Below are positions 10,743-25,055 of a DNA stretch of 64,000 nucleotides, in pieces; the first letter of the stretch is position 1, and each line of letters opens with the position of its first letter. Below the pieces are notes generated by a model. The model made no database searches and was not told the DNA's origin. It saw only the letters and a list, made by a program, of their open reading frames with translations. The DNA comes from the human T2T-CHM13v2.0 reference genome, Homo sapiens: assembly GCF_009914755.1 (NCBI RefSeq), contig NC_060934.1; one strand, 5' to 3'. A program made the translations under genes and the position numbers.

Positions 10743-12711
10743 AAGCCCCACCCACCTTGTATGGATCAAAAAGGTAATCTACTTTGCCATCTTCTGCAGT
10801 CCCATTTTAATGTAAATGTTTGTTTGTTTACTGGAAGACAGCATATTTTTAATCAACTAAAAATACAAATTCTGTCCTTTCACCGTACCTCTCCAAGGAT
10901 CTCCTCGTAGTATCTCTCACACATATAATGTCCTAGGAATAAAACTGATCCTGCGTGCCCCTCCCTTTCCCATTTAACCTCTCTCTCTGTCACCTTCCCC
11001 CCTCTTCTGTGGTATCTTCAATAATCCCAAATCTAACACGCGTGTGTGGTTGCTATTAGGAGAGCACAGATCCAAATAGAAGCATGCTCCATGTTTTATT
11101 TTGTTGCACGATGCATTCAGCTTATTGCATCTGCATGATTGCTGGAGCCTCTGAGAATGCTAATTTTCCATCTTATTCTTCTTAGAAAAATGTGCTCAAG
11201 GAAGAATGTAGCTGCCCAACCCATGGGAAAATCAGAAGATAGAGTCGGGAAGCTGAGAGGGTTAATGTCTCTGTAGCAAAGTTGCTAGTATCTTCTGTGA
11301 AGTGTCAATGTCTTGGTATTCTTTTTTTCCCTACCAAAATTGTGCACGTATGTGACTCCAGCTTTCCTTACAAGGGGGGTTGTGACCCCCTGAGGGCCTC
11401 CATCTGTCTGCCTGGAACATGTGGTCTCATCAGTGTGGCAGTTCACTGTGGCTAGAGCTCATTAGAGAATGTGCTGACATTGACTACCGGCCCCTACGTT
11501 CAATTCTTTTCTTGAGGCTCCTTGTCTTATACATTGAGGGAATCTGGGGTATAAAAAAAGAAAACAAAATTTCATGTGCTTTAAGAGACTCTGATACAAA
11601 AACGTAGATCACAAGTGGCTCAGGGATAGGAGATGGTGTGACTTCTGAAGCTGAACTTGAATAGAAGACAAGTCTATTTTAAACATTTCTTTGTTACAAA
11701 ATATTCAATAGACCTTTCCCCTTGACCAAAAGCTACCACCTCCAACTCCAAATAAATAGGTAAGTATCTGGGTATTCTCAAAGTATGTCAAAGTGTTTTG
11801 TGTTTTTTTTTGTCAGAATCTGAAAATCCATATTTTTAGTCACATCTGATTCAAAGCATGACTAGAAATAGCATGAGTGCTGACATACTGGGACATTTTA
11901 ATTCCTAAAACTTCCAGCTGGAAATTCAGCAAAAACTGTTCTCTTGGCACTTCCCAAGAAACGTTGCAGTTTCAGAGCAGAAGGTGAATCAGAATAAAGA
12001 TTGGGGGATGCACCACCACCACCACTAAAATGACAGTAACAAAAAAAGCTATTGAGATGTTTTGGTATCAAAGGTTCAGCTTTTATTTCATAGTGTTTTA
12101 TTTTTTAAGTTGCAGCAGGAGAGCTGTCTCAGTTCCTGAGACTACAGATGGATAAAAACAGATTTTGGGAAAGGTGGAAATTTTCTTACTTCCTGGTTAG
12201 AAAAAACAGCACCAGAGGGAACAATTTCCATTATCCTAAAACCTTTCATTCCCTGCCCATGTGTCCCTGGACGGCCCTCACCAGTGAATTTGCATTGCCC
12301 CTTGGTGTGTAAACAGGCCTCCCCAAACACATTTCCTCCTCCCCCACAAAGCGTCCTGCTGGAGACAGGACGTTGGCTTCCTTTACAGCTCACGAAAGCT
12401 CTCCTCCCAGCCTCCCTGACCGCTGGCTGTTCTCCATGCTCTGACAATTACAGCCCATAGCTGGATTTCCTAAGAAGAATCCAGGTTTTCAATGCTCTGT
12501 TCTCCTTGTTGAAAACTGCGTTTGTACATGGTATAGCACAAGCCCTGATGGTGACTTTGTATGCTAGAATCCCAATTCCAGTGTTTATGAGACCTAGCTC
12601 CTTGCCTCTTTTGGATGCTCGAGAAACCTTCAAGTAGCATTGTACTCTGTAAGTTTGCCTTTGCAGTATTGTCCTGTCTGTGCATTTGGAAGCAGATTTG
12701 AGCCTGACCTC

Positions 12712-13197
12712 TGTGTGCGTGTGTTGTCTGTGTGTGTGTGAGTGCATGCCTGTGTGTGTGTCTGTGTGAGTGTATGTGTGTGTGTCTATATGTAAGTAGG
12801 TGCATGTCTGTGTGTCTGGGAGTAGGTGCATATGTGTGTGTGTGTGTATATCATGAAAGGGTGCAAGTCTGTGTGTGTGTGTGTGAGTGGGTGTCTGTGT
12901 GTAAGTGTGTGTATGTGTTTATGTGTGGTGAATAGGTGCGTGTCTGTGTGCGTGTGTGTGTCTATGGTGAATGGGTGCATGTCTGTGTGTGTATATATAT
13001 GAGTGAGTGGGTGGGTGAGTGTGTGTGTGTGTGTCTGTGTGAATAGACGAGTGTCTGTGTGTGTGTGAGACAGTGCATGTCTGTGTCTATGTATAAGTGA
13101 GTGACAGCATGTCTGTGTGTGTGTCTGTGTGAGTGCATGTCTGTGTGTGTGTCTGTGTATGTGTCTGTGTGTGTGTCTGTGTGTGTGTGTGTATGTA
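12712..13197. repeat. Degenerate (TG)n low-complexity tract with recurring gtgcatgtctgtg units
   Basis: Directly visible; source of the His/Thr- and Cys/Val-rich spurious ORFs. Confidence 0.95.
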
Positions 13198-13549
13198 GCA
13201 GGGAGTAGAGGAGCTTGGACTGGGGGTGAAACATGATAGAATATAATACATGGAGGTGTCACGGGGGTTTTCTATAAGATTATCTGGTGAAGTGAAATGT
13301 CACAGAGCTCCCAAAACAAATATACTTCTCCAACCAAACACATCAATTGCTCAGTGAAGTCCTATTTTCTGTCTAGGGAAGGGGGAACATTTCCCAGCGG
13401 GGTAAATCGTAATGGATCACATGACGAGATAGCACAGTGGTTTCCTTAGGAGGAAATGCTCTGGAAAATTAACACTTTTCGGTGATACACAGAACACCAC
13501 CCCCCATCCTTTGCCCTAGAAGGGAGAAGGCTCTCTGCAGGCAATACAG

Positions 13550-14360
13550 GCTATGCGGAATCTCTCCAGTAACCATTCCTCTAATGTGGCAACGCCGCTG
13601 CTACCCTGGGCTCCGAGAGTGCAGGGCTAATTGTACGGTGTCAGATGGTAGGTGTGTCCGTGGTACGGTTTTAAGAGGCACATCAGTGCAGCTTTATACA
13701 ACATAATAGGCGCTGATTAGGCAGCCGCGTGGCGTGGCATCAGCATGTGTGTCGCAGACTGTTAGCTGCCCGCGCTGGGGCCCACTTGAGCTGCAGAAAC
13801 ACACAATGGTGCCTGGGGAGATGGCGGCTGCAGCTCCAAATCTTTTCATAGGGGATTAGCTCTGGCTCTGGGGAAGGGTGGGGCGGGAGCAATTGCAGAA
13901 TTCCCCTGCAAGGCCTGGCAGACGACCGAGGGTGACATTCTGGTCAGCTCTGACTCCGACCTGAGTGAGACCCTTTTGTCTGCTGCACTCCCTACAGCGG
14001 GCGATTCTGCACCTGCGTGGGGTCCGGCAAGCCCGGGAGGCCAGTCTCCTGTTCCCAGGCAGCCTGTATATATAGACTGCACACAGTGTGTGATGATCGT
14101 GGAAAGCAGGACTGTGGAGCTTTGCTGTTACTGCTGACAATATTTCCTGCCTCCCCGTCGTGTTCTAACCCCCCTGTCTCGCGTGGTACCAGTGCCCAGC
14201 TGCGGACCAAGGCTGGCTTTCCTCCTCGTGTTTCCTTTACGCGATGTCACCAATCCCCCGTGCTTGTTCTGTAAACGGTTGGGGTTTGGTTTTGTTTTTG
14301 TGTTCCTGAGTCACACCTTGCTTTCCATTTCCAGACTTACACCCCTAAGCCGGCCCCCCA
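13550..14360. promoter_or_regulatory. CpG-enriched non-repeat element (weak CpG island; promoter or enhancer)
   Basis: Roughly 35 CpGs in ~0.8 kb (rough manual count) against CpG-depleted flanks; GC box ggggcgggag ~13880; tatatatag ~14066; E-boxes; GGATTA. Confidence 0.55.
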
Positions 14361-14818
14361 CACCCTCATGCCAGGATTCCAGGCCCAGAACCTACAGCTG
14401 CCAGAACAAAATGCCTTCAACAGCAAGTGTCAATTCTGCTGTGACCTGCACTTCAGGCTGTCCAGCAATGACCCGCTCCCCTCCACCACCCCGACTCATC
14501 TCTCAGTAATTCCCCAAACAGAGCTTCTAGTGCTGATAGAAGGGGCTGTCTTTCTCTCTTGTAACTATAGTTTGCTTGCTTTCCATTTTGCACCTTTGCC
14601 CTCGTTTCTGTATTCTATCCTTGGAATATTCTTTATTTTACCTTCTGTAAAAGCTACGAGATGCACTATCTACTCAAGATCTGTCTCTGTTAAAATCATC
14701 TTTCCTGACAGTCATATTGTTTAGATTACGGGCTGGAACCGTGTAGGCTCTCAGTGCCTAAGTGGCTAAAAAGAAAAGCCCTGGCCCCAGGTAAATCCAG
14801 GTTAGAATCCTGGGTCTG

Positions 14819-14914
14819 CAGGAGACGGAGGTTACAGTGAGCCGAGATCACGCCACCGCACTCCAGCCTGGGCAACAGAGCTAGACTCCATCTCACCAAA
14901 AGAAAAAAAAAAAA
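14819..14914 (+). mobile_element. 5'-truncated Alu (3' end of right arm)
   Basis: Perfect 13-bp TSD aatcctgggtctg at 14806-14818 and 14915-14927. Confidence 0.92.
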
Positions 14915-15061
14915 AATCCTGGGTCTGTGTTCTGGTCTATATCTCAGCTTTCCTACCCAGAATATAGGGAAGATCCACAGTTCCTCTCAACAGGATTTCA
15001 TGGGATAACGTAAATACCATGCCTGACATGTGGTGCACAATTAAGAAATATTTTCATTTGC

Positions 15062-16120
<1,059 letters not shown>

Positions 16121-16879
16121 ACTTAGAAATTTTTATAGCATCTCTGAGCCTGGGTTGTACTTTGTTATTTATTAATAAATTATTTACATATGGAGATCCG
16201 TGTAAGCCTTAAGCAGCCCAATGACAGAAATCAGTGACCATTACATCTCTGTCCTTTGACGTTGTCCCCAAATCACTTAGCATTCAACTCTACACAGAGG
16301 CAACATTCAATATATATTATAATGCATGTCTGGCTGGTACTAAGAATTCACAAATAGAAAATCATGTTCTATTGCTTTCTGTATTAGAGAAGAGTTATTT
16401 TGCCCCTCCTATTTTTATTTTACTTCCTTAAAGTCTACACCAATTATGGGAAAGAGCTTATCTGTGTATGTGCTATAAAATTCAAGTGTTCAATGCAAAA
16501 TTCAGCCACACTCCATTTTTGTTTACTCCTTTAACCTTTCTTCATCACATCTCTAAAATTAGAATAAAGGTGAGAGGACTTTAAAAATAAAACTAAAAAA
16601 TATATCTAAACTAACTGTGAATTATAAATCAGCCTTTATATGTTGTTTTTATTGCTTTCTGTATTCATCTTCATTTTAAGTGATGATATCGTAATATTCA
16701 CTAAGATACAAGATTTTCTTAAGTTGTGTATGTTTTTCCTAGTCTTCAAAGTCTACTCTAGGTTTACCTGACCGCTAAGGCTGCCACTTTACCATTGTGC
16801 TTATGGGATCTACTCTTTTATTAATAAAAATAATACAAATAAAAATAGTCAATAGGCATTAAGCACTTACCCTCTTGAC

Positions 16880-17215
16880 AGGCATTGCATTACTTTGGGT
16901 CTCCAAGATGGGATTAGACATGCACAAGTTTTACTGAGAACAACTAAATAGCTGTGAGGGATAAAAAGAAGGAAAGCAAAGAAAAGAGAAAGAACCTTTA
17001 GAGAGTGATGCAGATTGGGTAGGAAGAGTCTCAACCTGTAGGACAGTTCTAAGAAAGTTGCAACCAGGATGAGGGGAGGCCTCAAGCCAAGTTGCTCCTT
17101 AAAAGTATTCCTCTTCTTGCAGAAATTGGGCCTGCATTTAGACCTTTGTTGAACACGGGGAAAGATCCAGGCAGTCAGCCACTGGAGGCACCTGTCAAAT
17201 ATGTTTCCTGTTGTG
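16880..17215 (-). mobile_element. Ancient ERVL/MaLR-type LTR fragment
   Basis: tgcattactttgggtctcc...agatgggattagacatgc resembles the old LTR16/LTR33/MLT1 class; subfamily uncertain. Confidence 0.4.
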
Positions 17216-18355
17216 GGAGATCTGAGAGCTGCATTTTCATGGCCACCATATGCATGCACTCACTTCATTTCACAACAGATAAAAACCAGAGAGTTGATGC
17301 AAGTTTCCCAAAGGCATGCCACAGATGAGTGACATAACTAGATTTTAGCATACGCTGTCTTATTTCAGAGCCCATAACAGGTAGGTAAGTAGGTAGGTAG
17401 GTGGAAAGATATAGATGAAAAGAATATGTAAAAACCAAATATTTATAGTGTATGTAATATGCAAATATTGAATTCAAAATTTGATTTTTTTTTATAAATG
17501 TCATAAATCATTCTTAATTCCCCAAATTTGTCATACAAAATCATGGTTATTACTTTGGAGAGTGCTTGACTTTTGTACCAAATTGTGACATATTTGAGGA
17601 GAACAAAAAACTTCAATCTCTTCTCTCTTTTTTTATATTTAAAGTCAGCACTTGCCTATATGATAAATGGTAATGTCTCATTTTTAAATACATGAATAAC
17701 ATAGGAATCTCCTGAAATGGAGCTACACTTTTATCAACCAATTTTCTATTGAAAATTCTTTTATTCTGTGGAATGATCCTTCAGGTGTACCAATAATTGC
17801 CTGAGGGTTTTTTTGTGTGGGTAGTTGCTGTTTTCTGGCTTCATTACTACATTATATGCTTCTGTTGACCACTTGTATTAGTTAGAATAAGGTAAGATGA
17901 GGTAACAAAGAAACCCAGGTATGAAAGGAGACAGGTGTACAGACATGTCCTCTTGCATGTGATTATTAAAGCTCCTTACATCTTGTGGCTGTGGTAACTC
18001 CTATAGAAAAAAAAAATCATTGTGTTCCACAATTAGGAGTTTTTTATGGACCAGATCTAGATGTGGAACATGGCATTTTTGCTTCCATATTAATTTATAC
18101 GGCCACAAAAAACTGCATGGAAGACTTAGAAATATAGTCTAGCTTTAGGCACAAAGGAGGTGTCAACAAGTTTTGGCTAGCTAGCTGGGAGTCCCCGCCA
18201 AGTCATGTGGAATATTCTTGTAATGTCATCAGTACTCCAAGTTCTCCAAATTAAGATTCCTTTTCATCTTAATCTTCTCACTGTTAGGCAGGTTCTAAAG
18301 GTCCTTTTGCACATATAGGAAGCCTCACTTAAATATCTGGTTAAAAAGTCATGAC

Positions 18356-18657
<302 letters not shown>

Positions 18658-18929
18658 TTCAAAGTCATGACTCTTACTAAGACCATTGCTGCTCTACCCC
18701 GGAAAATCTGGTTCATTCAGAAATAATCTTCATTTTAAAATGTTCAGAATAGACAATTAGGGGCAAAAGCCTTATCTCTCTTTTTTAATTACCATTTTTG
18801 TTCATGAGGGTATTTTGTAAGGTGGCAGTATGACTATGGCCCTTTCAGGTTAAGGATTCTCTGCTTCTCTTTTATCATCACCTCATCACCTTAACTCCTT
18901 GAATGTTGGAGTGGCTACGAGTGATTCAG

Positions 18930-19115
18930 CAGAATGAATGCTGAATTGGAAGTTAGGAAAGAGGGAGCTAATTTCAGATCTGCCGATTCTTTGTCACAGA
19001 AACACCAACAAGTAACTTATCTCTCTTGGCTTGTGTACCCTAATCTGTAAATGAGAATCTTGCCCTTCTAATTTTATAGAGTTATGGTGGGTAAAGTATG
19101 AATGTGCTTCGGAAA
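18930..19115 (+). mobile_element. MIR fragment
   Basis: caagtaacttatctctcttggcttgtg...atctgtaaaatgagaat core. Confidence 0.55.
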
Positions 19116-20082
19116 CCAGGGCTCAGATGCCACGGAGTGGCAATCTTTGTTATACTTTCATCAGAAGGTACTAGATGAACCATGCTTTTTTGTCACGGTT
19201 ATGGACAAGGCACTATGGAGTAATAAACATGAGTTAGGATCCAGAAGTTAAATGTTGAAGATAAAAGAAACAATCATGAAAATATGATAAAAGATAAAAG
19301 ATAGAGCTTCAAGGAAAATATGAAAGCAATCACAAACTAAAACCTGGCAGAGCTGAAAGGGTGTTAGAGATAATCTTTTGATTAGCAGGATGTGAAATGA
19401 ATTAGAGGAGTGCCTCGCCAATCAGTTCTGCAGCAGTCTCTGGGCTATGCCTTGAAGTACCCAACTCTGCTGGAGCTCCCAACCCCACACTGAATTCATT
19501 GTGTATATGCCTTGGGTTTCATAAGGTTAAAGGTTACCTTAAAGAGCCCAGACCCTGAACCCTCAGGAAGAATCATGAGGGAAGCCATGATGCCAACTTA
19601 TGATTAATTTGAAAACCAAACTTTTGCTGTAACTGAGACGTCTTATATTAGTAGCAACATATTTTAAAACATCCATTGGTTTGCAGAGGTTTTATGACAT
19701 TGTGATGTGTGGGCACAACTTGCTTTGCATATGAGCTAACAAAAAGTTCATATGGTCATTAGAATGTGTGATAATTTGTCTCATGAACAAATATGAAAAC
19801 AAAATGAGAGCACTGGCCAAGACTACACAAATAACTACACAGTGTTCAAGGTTGGCCAGCTGAGCAGTGCACAGACTGCATGATTTAGGGGTGCTGGGAT
19901 CCTGTTAAACCACAGGTGTGATTGCACTATAATTATTGCTGATTTGTACTTTTTTCAGGTTTTTTAATTTTTCAAGTATGATACTGACATTTTTGTATTT
20001 GAAAGCTGCCAGCACAGAGAGACAGAAAATCTCCACAGATATTGGAAGAAAATTACATTGTCTAACACTGAATAATATCACT

Positions 20083-20500
20083 TGCATTAGTTAGGATTAT
20101 GCTAGATGCTGGTCCAAATAAACTAAAAATATCGATGCATTAACCCAACAGTAGTTTAGTTCCCACTTACGTAAAGTCCATTTGGCAGCAGGATGGAATG
20201 AGGACTCTATTCCACGCAGCCATTCAGGTACTCAGACTGCTGAAGCCTCTACCATTTTTCAGTACAAGCTTCCACAATTACTCTGGGTATCAATATCTAT
20301 TCAGCTGACAGAGAGAGACATGTATATGGGACATTTTTATGAGTTAGACTTGGAATTACTATCTTTTACTTTCTGCCCATTCCATTGGTCATAGATCAGT
20401 CAGATGACTACACCAAACTGAAAAGGATGCTTTGAAATGTACCATATTTGTACACTTAAAAGGGAAATGAACATTTCTGAAGATGAACTACCTGACTCTG
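20083..20500 (-). mobile_element. Old MLT1 (K/L-like) LTR
   Basis: tgcattagttaggattatgctagatgctg...cattcaggtactcagactg...ccattccattggtca. Confidence 0.55.
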
Positions 20501-22899
20501 TTTGACGCAGGAACTTACATTTGTATAGTTCTTGTATCATTATAGATCTCTTTCATCTGCTTTGACTCACTGGATTATAAACCGCCCTGTGAATTATTTT
20601 AGTCTGCATCCTTATTTCAGCAAAAAGAAACAGAGGTCCAGTGGTTATGTGAATTTCCCATCATCACATACCTGGTAATTTGGGGATCTAGGATTCAGCT
20701 TCAAGTCTTCTAACGTCAAAGCCCGTTTTCTTCCTTTATGTTGCCCTGTATACTTCTCTTTGCTCTGTGTTTTAATGGGAAAAAAAGAAAAAAACACGGG
20801 AATTAATGAATCCTGCCTTAATGTTGCTTACAAGAAATCACACAAATAAAACTGCTGAGAAGTAATTACAGAACAGCATAGAGACAAACATAGCATAATA
20901 TATTAAAGGCCAAAAGCAATGAGATTTGGTAGGATAATTCATCTAAGGCTACCACACATATAGCATTTACTTAGTCTGAAACCTGAGCTTTCTATCTCAG
21001 TTTTCAATAAGCTTTCTTGGAAATAGAAAATATTCTAAACATAGTTCTGAAAGCTATTTCTTGTCCTGTTCCTAAACATGGATTCCACAAAAAACTGATT
21101 CAATTCCTGGGATCTGATATATTCTCAAGCAGTGATTCATGGAGCATGCTAAAAGAAGAACAGTTCTGGAGGATACAAGAAAAAAATTCTTATGAAGTAA
21201 GAAAAAAAATAGGTTTAATAGTTTTAGATTTAGCCAATGTATATTGAGTACCTAATACACACTGGACACTGCAGATGATTTCACACATATTATTTTGTTT
21301 GTTCAAATGCAATTACATAGAAGCAAAATAGGATTTGTATTGTCTGGAGATATAAATTATTTATTATCCTTGGATCTCTTTAGTATGAATAAATGATATT
21401 TGGCTTTTGTGTTTTTGCAGGTTATTGCAAACTTTCCAAAATTTTGCTGTATTTTTTCATAAAACCTTAGATCTTAGAACAAGAAGAGATATCAAAAGGA
21501 CATCTGGTTTACCCCTCTATTCTCAGGAAATGCGTGGTGTTTTCCTATTCACTAGCCATGTTACCAGGAGCCACTCACTTTTCTAAGCCTTAGAATCTGC
21601 ATATGCTAAATGGTAGTTCTAAAACACCCTCCCTACCTTCTGTGCCGATAGCAATAAGCATCATATGTTGTGTTTTCTAAACTGTAAAGCAGTATGCAAG
21701 GTATATATCAGATAGTGCTTGATCACCATTTAACAGAGGAGATGACTGAGGCTCAGAATGGTGAAAAGGACTTCCTCGGTGTCACAGAGTCAGGGAGAAG
21801 GCCATGGAAACTTAGATTCTTTACTTCCAGGGCCACCTTTTTTGACATCAACTTTAGCTGCTCCATATTCAAAAGACTTGAACAGAATTTTTGGTTTCTT
21901 TTGATCTTTCTCACGATTAAAGTAGGTAAAATATCAATGTGGAATCATTTTGTTCAGTGGATAAAAGAGAGAGAAACAGCAGCCTCCCCTGATATTGTAG
22001 TGAGGGGCTGGCTCCAGGAACCATTGTTTGTGCATTTAAATCACAGAAATCTCAAGAGTGCTCAACTGAGCTCTATTTGGTAAATCTCGAACAAGACTTG
22101 CAAACACAACACACACACACAATTTAGGAAATTGAAGACCTTGCATTATTTTCCCAGTTACTAGGAGAATGGCCCCAATTTATATTGGGGGGGTCAAGTT
22201 CTACGGGCTCATATGACATAGTTTTTGCCCCATAATGGGATAATTATTAACTCCTTATATTTTCATTGCAGCTGGTGTCAAATACATATATATAAAATAT
22301 AATATATAATACAAATATATATATATATACACACACACACGTCTAAGGGTCAACTTTGGGAATTGATTTCATATTCTAGTAAGAATGAGCAAGTAACAAT
22401 TTGGAACAGAATTTTGGCTGAACAAAGAGACACTCAGGGCAGGCTTTTTTAATAAATGGGGGGAATAGCAGTTGTTAAGTGTGCCCAGAATCATTGTGGC
22501 ATCAGGGGCATTTTGATCAATTAAAATAACAAAGTAATTAACACCTGCTGTGTGTTACAGTGGGGAACAAGGTAAATTGCCATTCTCTTGGAAGCTTCTG
22601 GTTTCTACAAATCCTGCTCTGAAGGAGAGGCACAGGGAAGGTCAATGTGCTCACAAGTAGGTCTCTTGCTAGAAAGAAGAGGCCTACAGAACATGTTCAC
22701 AAATTTGAATATACATGTATATCTGTTCTTGCACCCTTCCAAGGAGATTTTGGTCTCTATAGGATGACATTTAAAGGCTAGGCCAAATAATACTTAGCTC
22801 TTCTGGACAACATCTTTTCACTCAGATGTGGTATTTTTATGTATTTCAAAAAATAGAAGTTCCTTCGATGTCAGTAAACAGTGTTTCTCGAAAACCTGA

Positions 22900-23279
22900 T
22901 GTTAATGGCTGTGTGTGTACTGTCAGAATTCTTACACTGAAGTCTGAAATCCACAGAACCTCAGAATGTGACTATATTTGGAGACAATTGATTTAAAGAG
23001 GTAATTAAGTTGAAATGAGGGACTGAGGGTAGGCCCCAATCAAATAGGACTGGTGTCTTTCTAAGAAGAGATTAGGACACAGAGATGCACAGAGGAAAGA
23101 CCATGTGAAGACAAAGCAAGCAGGTGGCCGTTCACAAGCCGAGGAGGGAGACCTCAGGAAAAGCCAATCTTGCCAACAGCTTGATCCTGGACCTCTGAAC
23201 TATGAGAAAATAAGTTTTCTGTTGTTTTAGCTGCACAGTCCATGGAACATTGTTGTGGCAGCCCTCGCGAATGAACACA
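22900..23279 (+). mobile_element. MLT1B MaLR LTR
   Basis: acctcagaatgtgactatatttggagac...; 5-bp TSD cctga at 22895-22899 and 23280-23284. Confidence 0.9.
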
Positions 23280-24109
23280 CCTGAATTCCAAAGAAGGATA
23301 CTGCCTCTGAAGCTACAATTGTGAATTTTGGTTGAAATTATTGTCATTATTTGAAAGATTCCTCTGTGTTAGACACACAGGAAGATGTGCGGGTGCACAA
23401 GCGGAAAGACAATGCCCTGCTGCCAGGATGTTAGCAAGTTAAAAGAGTCTGCTATCTCCCTCCCAAAGGCGGAAAATCCATTAAACCAATGTACTTAAGA
23501 GCCCATTGTTCCGAAAACATTCATTACTAAACTTGTGGGATAAGAAGGGAAATGAAAAAGAATAAGAAACTATCAGTTTTACTAGTAAGCAAAAGACTGG
23601 ATTTTGCATTATAGTTGAAAAATCACAAACTTTCTAATCTGAAAAGCTGATGTTTTGCCCAGCCTATAGCATTATCTACTTGCCATGTTTTAGATACGTT
23701 TTGTCGTCTTTTGGGCTCCGATTTTCTCTCAGACCCTTCAAGTGGTGATTGTCTCTAGCTTCTGCCTTTCCACTTTCACAAATGAATATTGTTATGAATA
23801 TTATGGCTGGGTTTGTACACTCTTCTACCATTGCTCACCTGCTAGCCGACTGGAAGAGTATATTTTCCTGCAACTTGCAAAAATACATATTGACGTAAGA
23901 TTGAAAATCATTAAAAGGGAGAAAAAGAAAAGTCAGCTATATTACCACTTTCTGAAAAAAAAAAGTGTGGTATTTGGGGCTGTTTTCTCTGTTGTAGTGT
24001 AGGTGCACAATTCTGTTTTATTTTCCTATATTGGTTTCATAATTGTTTTATGCCCTGATTATCAATGGATATTGTATCACTCATACTTTCCATCTGTTGA
24101 GTAGTGATT

Positions 24110-25055
24110 AGGACAACTAACCAAATATTGCTAGTTATCCCAAATTCACGTGCATGATAAGATACCTGGTCCCCCAGGGTTTGGGTGGGGCTGTAGGTTT
24201 ATTTTGGTGAATGAAGTGTCCGTGAAAATAATTTGTGTCATTTCTGGGCAAGAGCACTTATGACTGGCATCAAATCCACCAAAGCTGTTTTCCTTTCTGC
24301 CATGGAACTAGCGATGATCAAGGTAGTGCCTTTTCTCTTAGTCTCTGTTAATTTCTTATGGCTGATATAATGAACCACCATAAACCTGGTGGCTTTAAAC
24401 AACACATATGCGTTCTCTTACAGTCTGGAGGCTAGAAGTTCAAAATGAGTATTATAGGGCTAAAACTAAGATGTTGGCAGAGCTGTGCTCCCTCTGGAGG
24501 GCCCAGGGAAGAATGTGTTCCCTTTTACAACATCTAGAGTTTGATTCCTCCAAATCCTGGCCTTTGCATGATGAATCCTTACAATCATGGTCTCTTTCTC
24601 CATCTTCAAAGCCACCATCAAAATATCTTCTCTCTCAGATACTGCCTCCCTCTGCTTCTATCGCATGGCCTTCTTCTCTTCTGCCTGTAGTCAAATTCTC
24701 TCTTTACTCTCTCTTATAACAATACTTTTAGTTATATTTAGGGCCCACCTAGATAACCCAAGGATAATCTCCTCATCTCAAGATGCTTCATGTAGTCACA
24801 TCTGCAAAAACCCTTTTCTACGTAAGGTAATATTTAGAGATTCCAGGGATTTGGACCTGGTTATCACTGGGGGTCATAATTCACCCTACTGCAGCCTGCA
24901 TCCCACAGTGAAGAGAAGTGGAACAGAATTTCCATCAGCCCAACGTGGATGTGTGTTATGAGCACTGTATAAACCTGTATTTCTATAAGCCACTAGGATT
25001 TGGGAGGTTGTTTTTGGTGTTATTGTTACCACAGAAATAACTTGGTACATACAGA
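24110..25055 (+). mobile_element. Old MLT1 LTR interrupted by a younger MLT1
   Basis: MLT1 3' end aagccactaggatttgggaggttg...ttgttaccacag at ~24990-25050. Confidence 0.5.
24346..24893 (-). mobile_element. MLT1C-like LTR
   Basis: accataaacctggtggctttaaacaac...tcttacagtctggaggctagaag...gggcccacctagataacccaaggataatctc. Confidence 0.8.

Noticed and set aside
12448-13262. Long His/Thr-rich and Cys/Val-rich ORFs (up to 158 aa)
   Set aside because: Translations of the (TG/CA)n tract
14089-14140. Box C (GTGATGA) and box D (CTGA) snoRNA-like pair
   Set aside because: Only ~50 nt long with no terminal stem; the similar pair at 4658-4739 also lacks a stem
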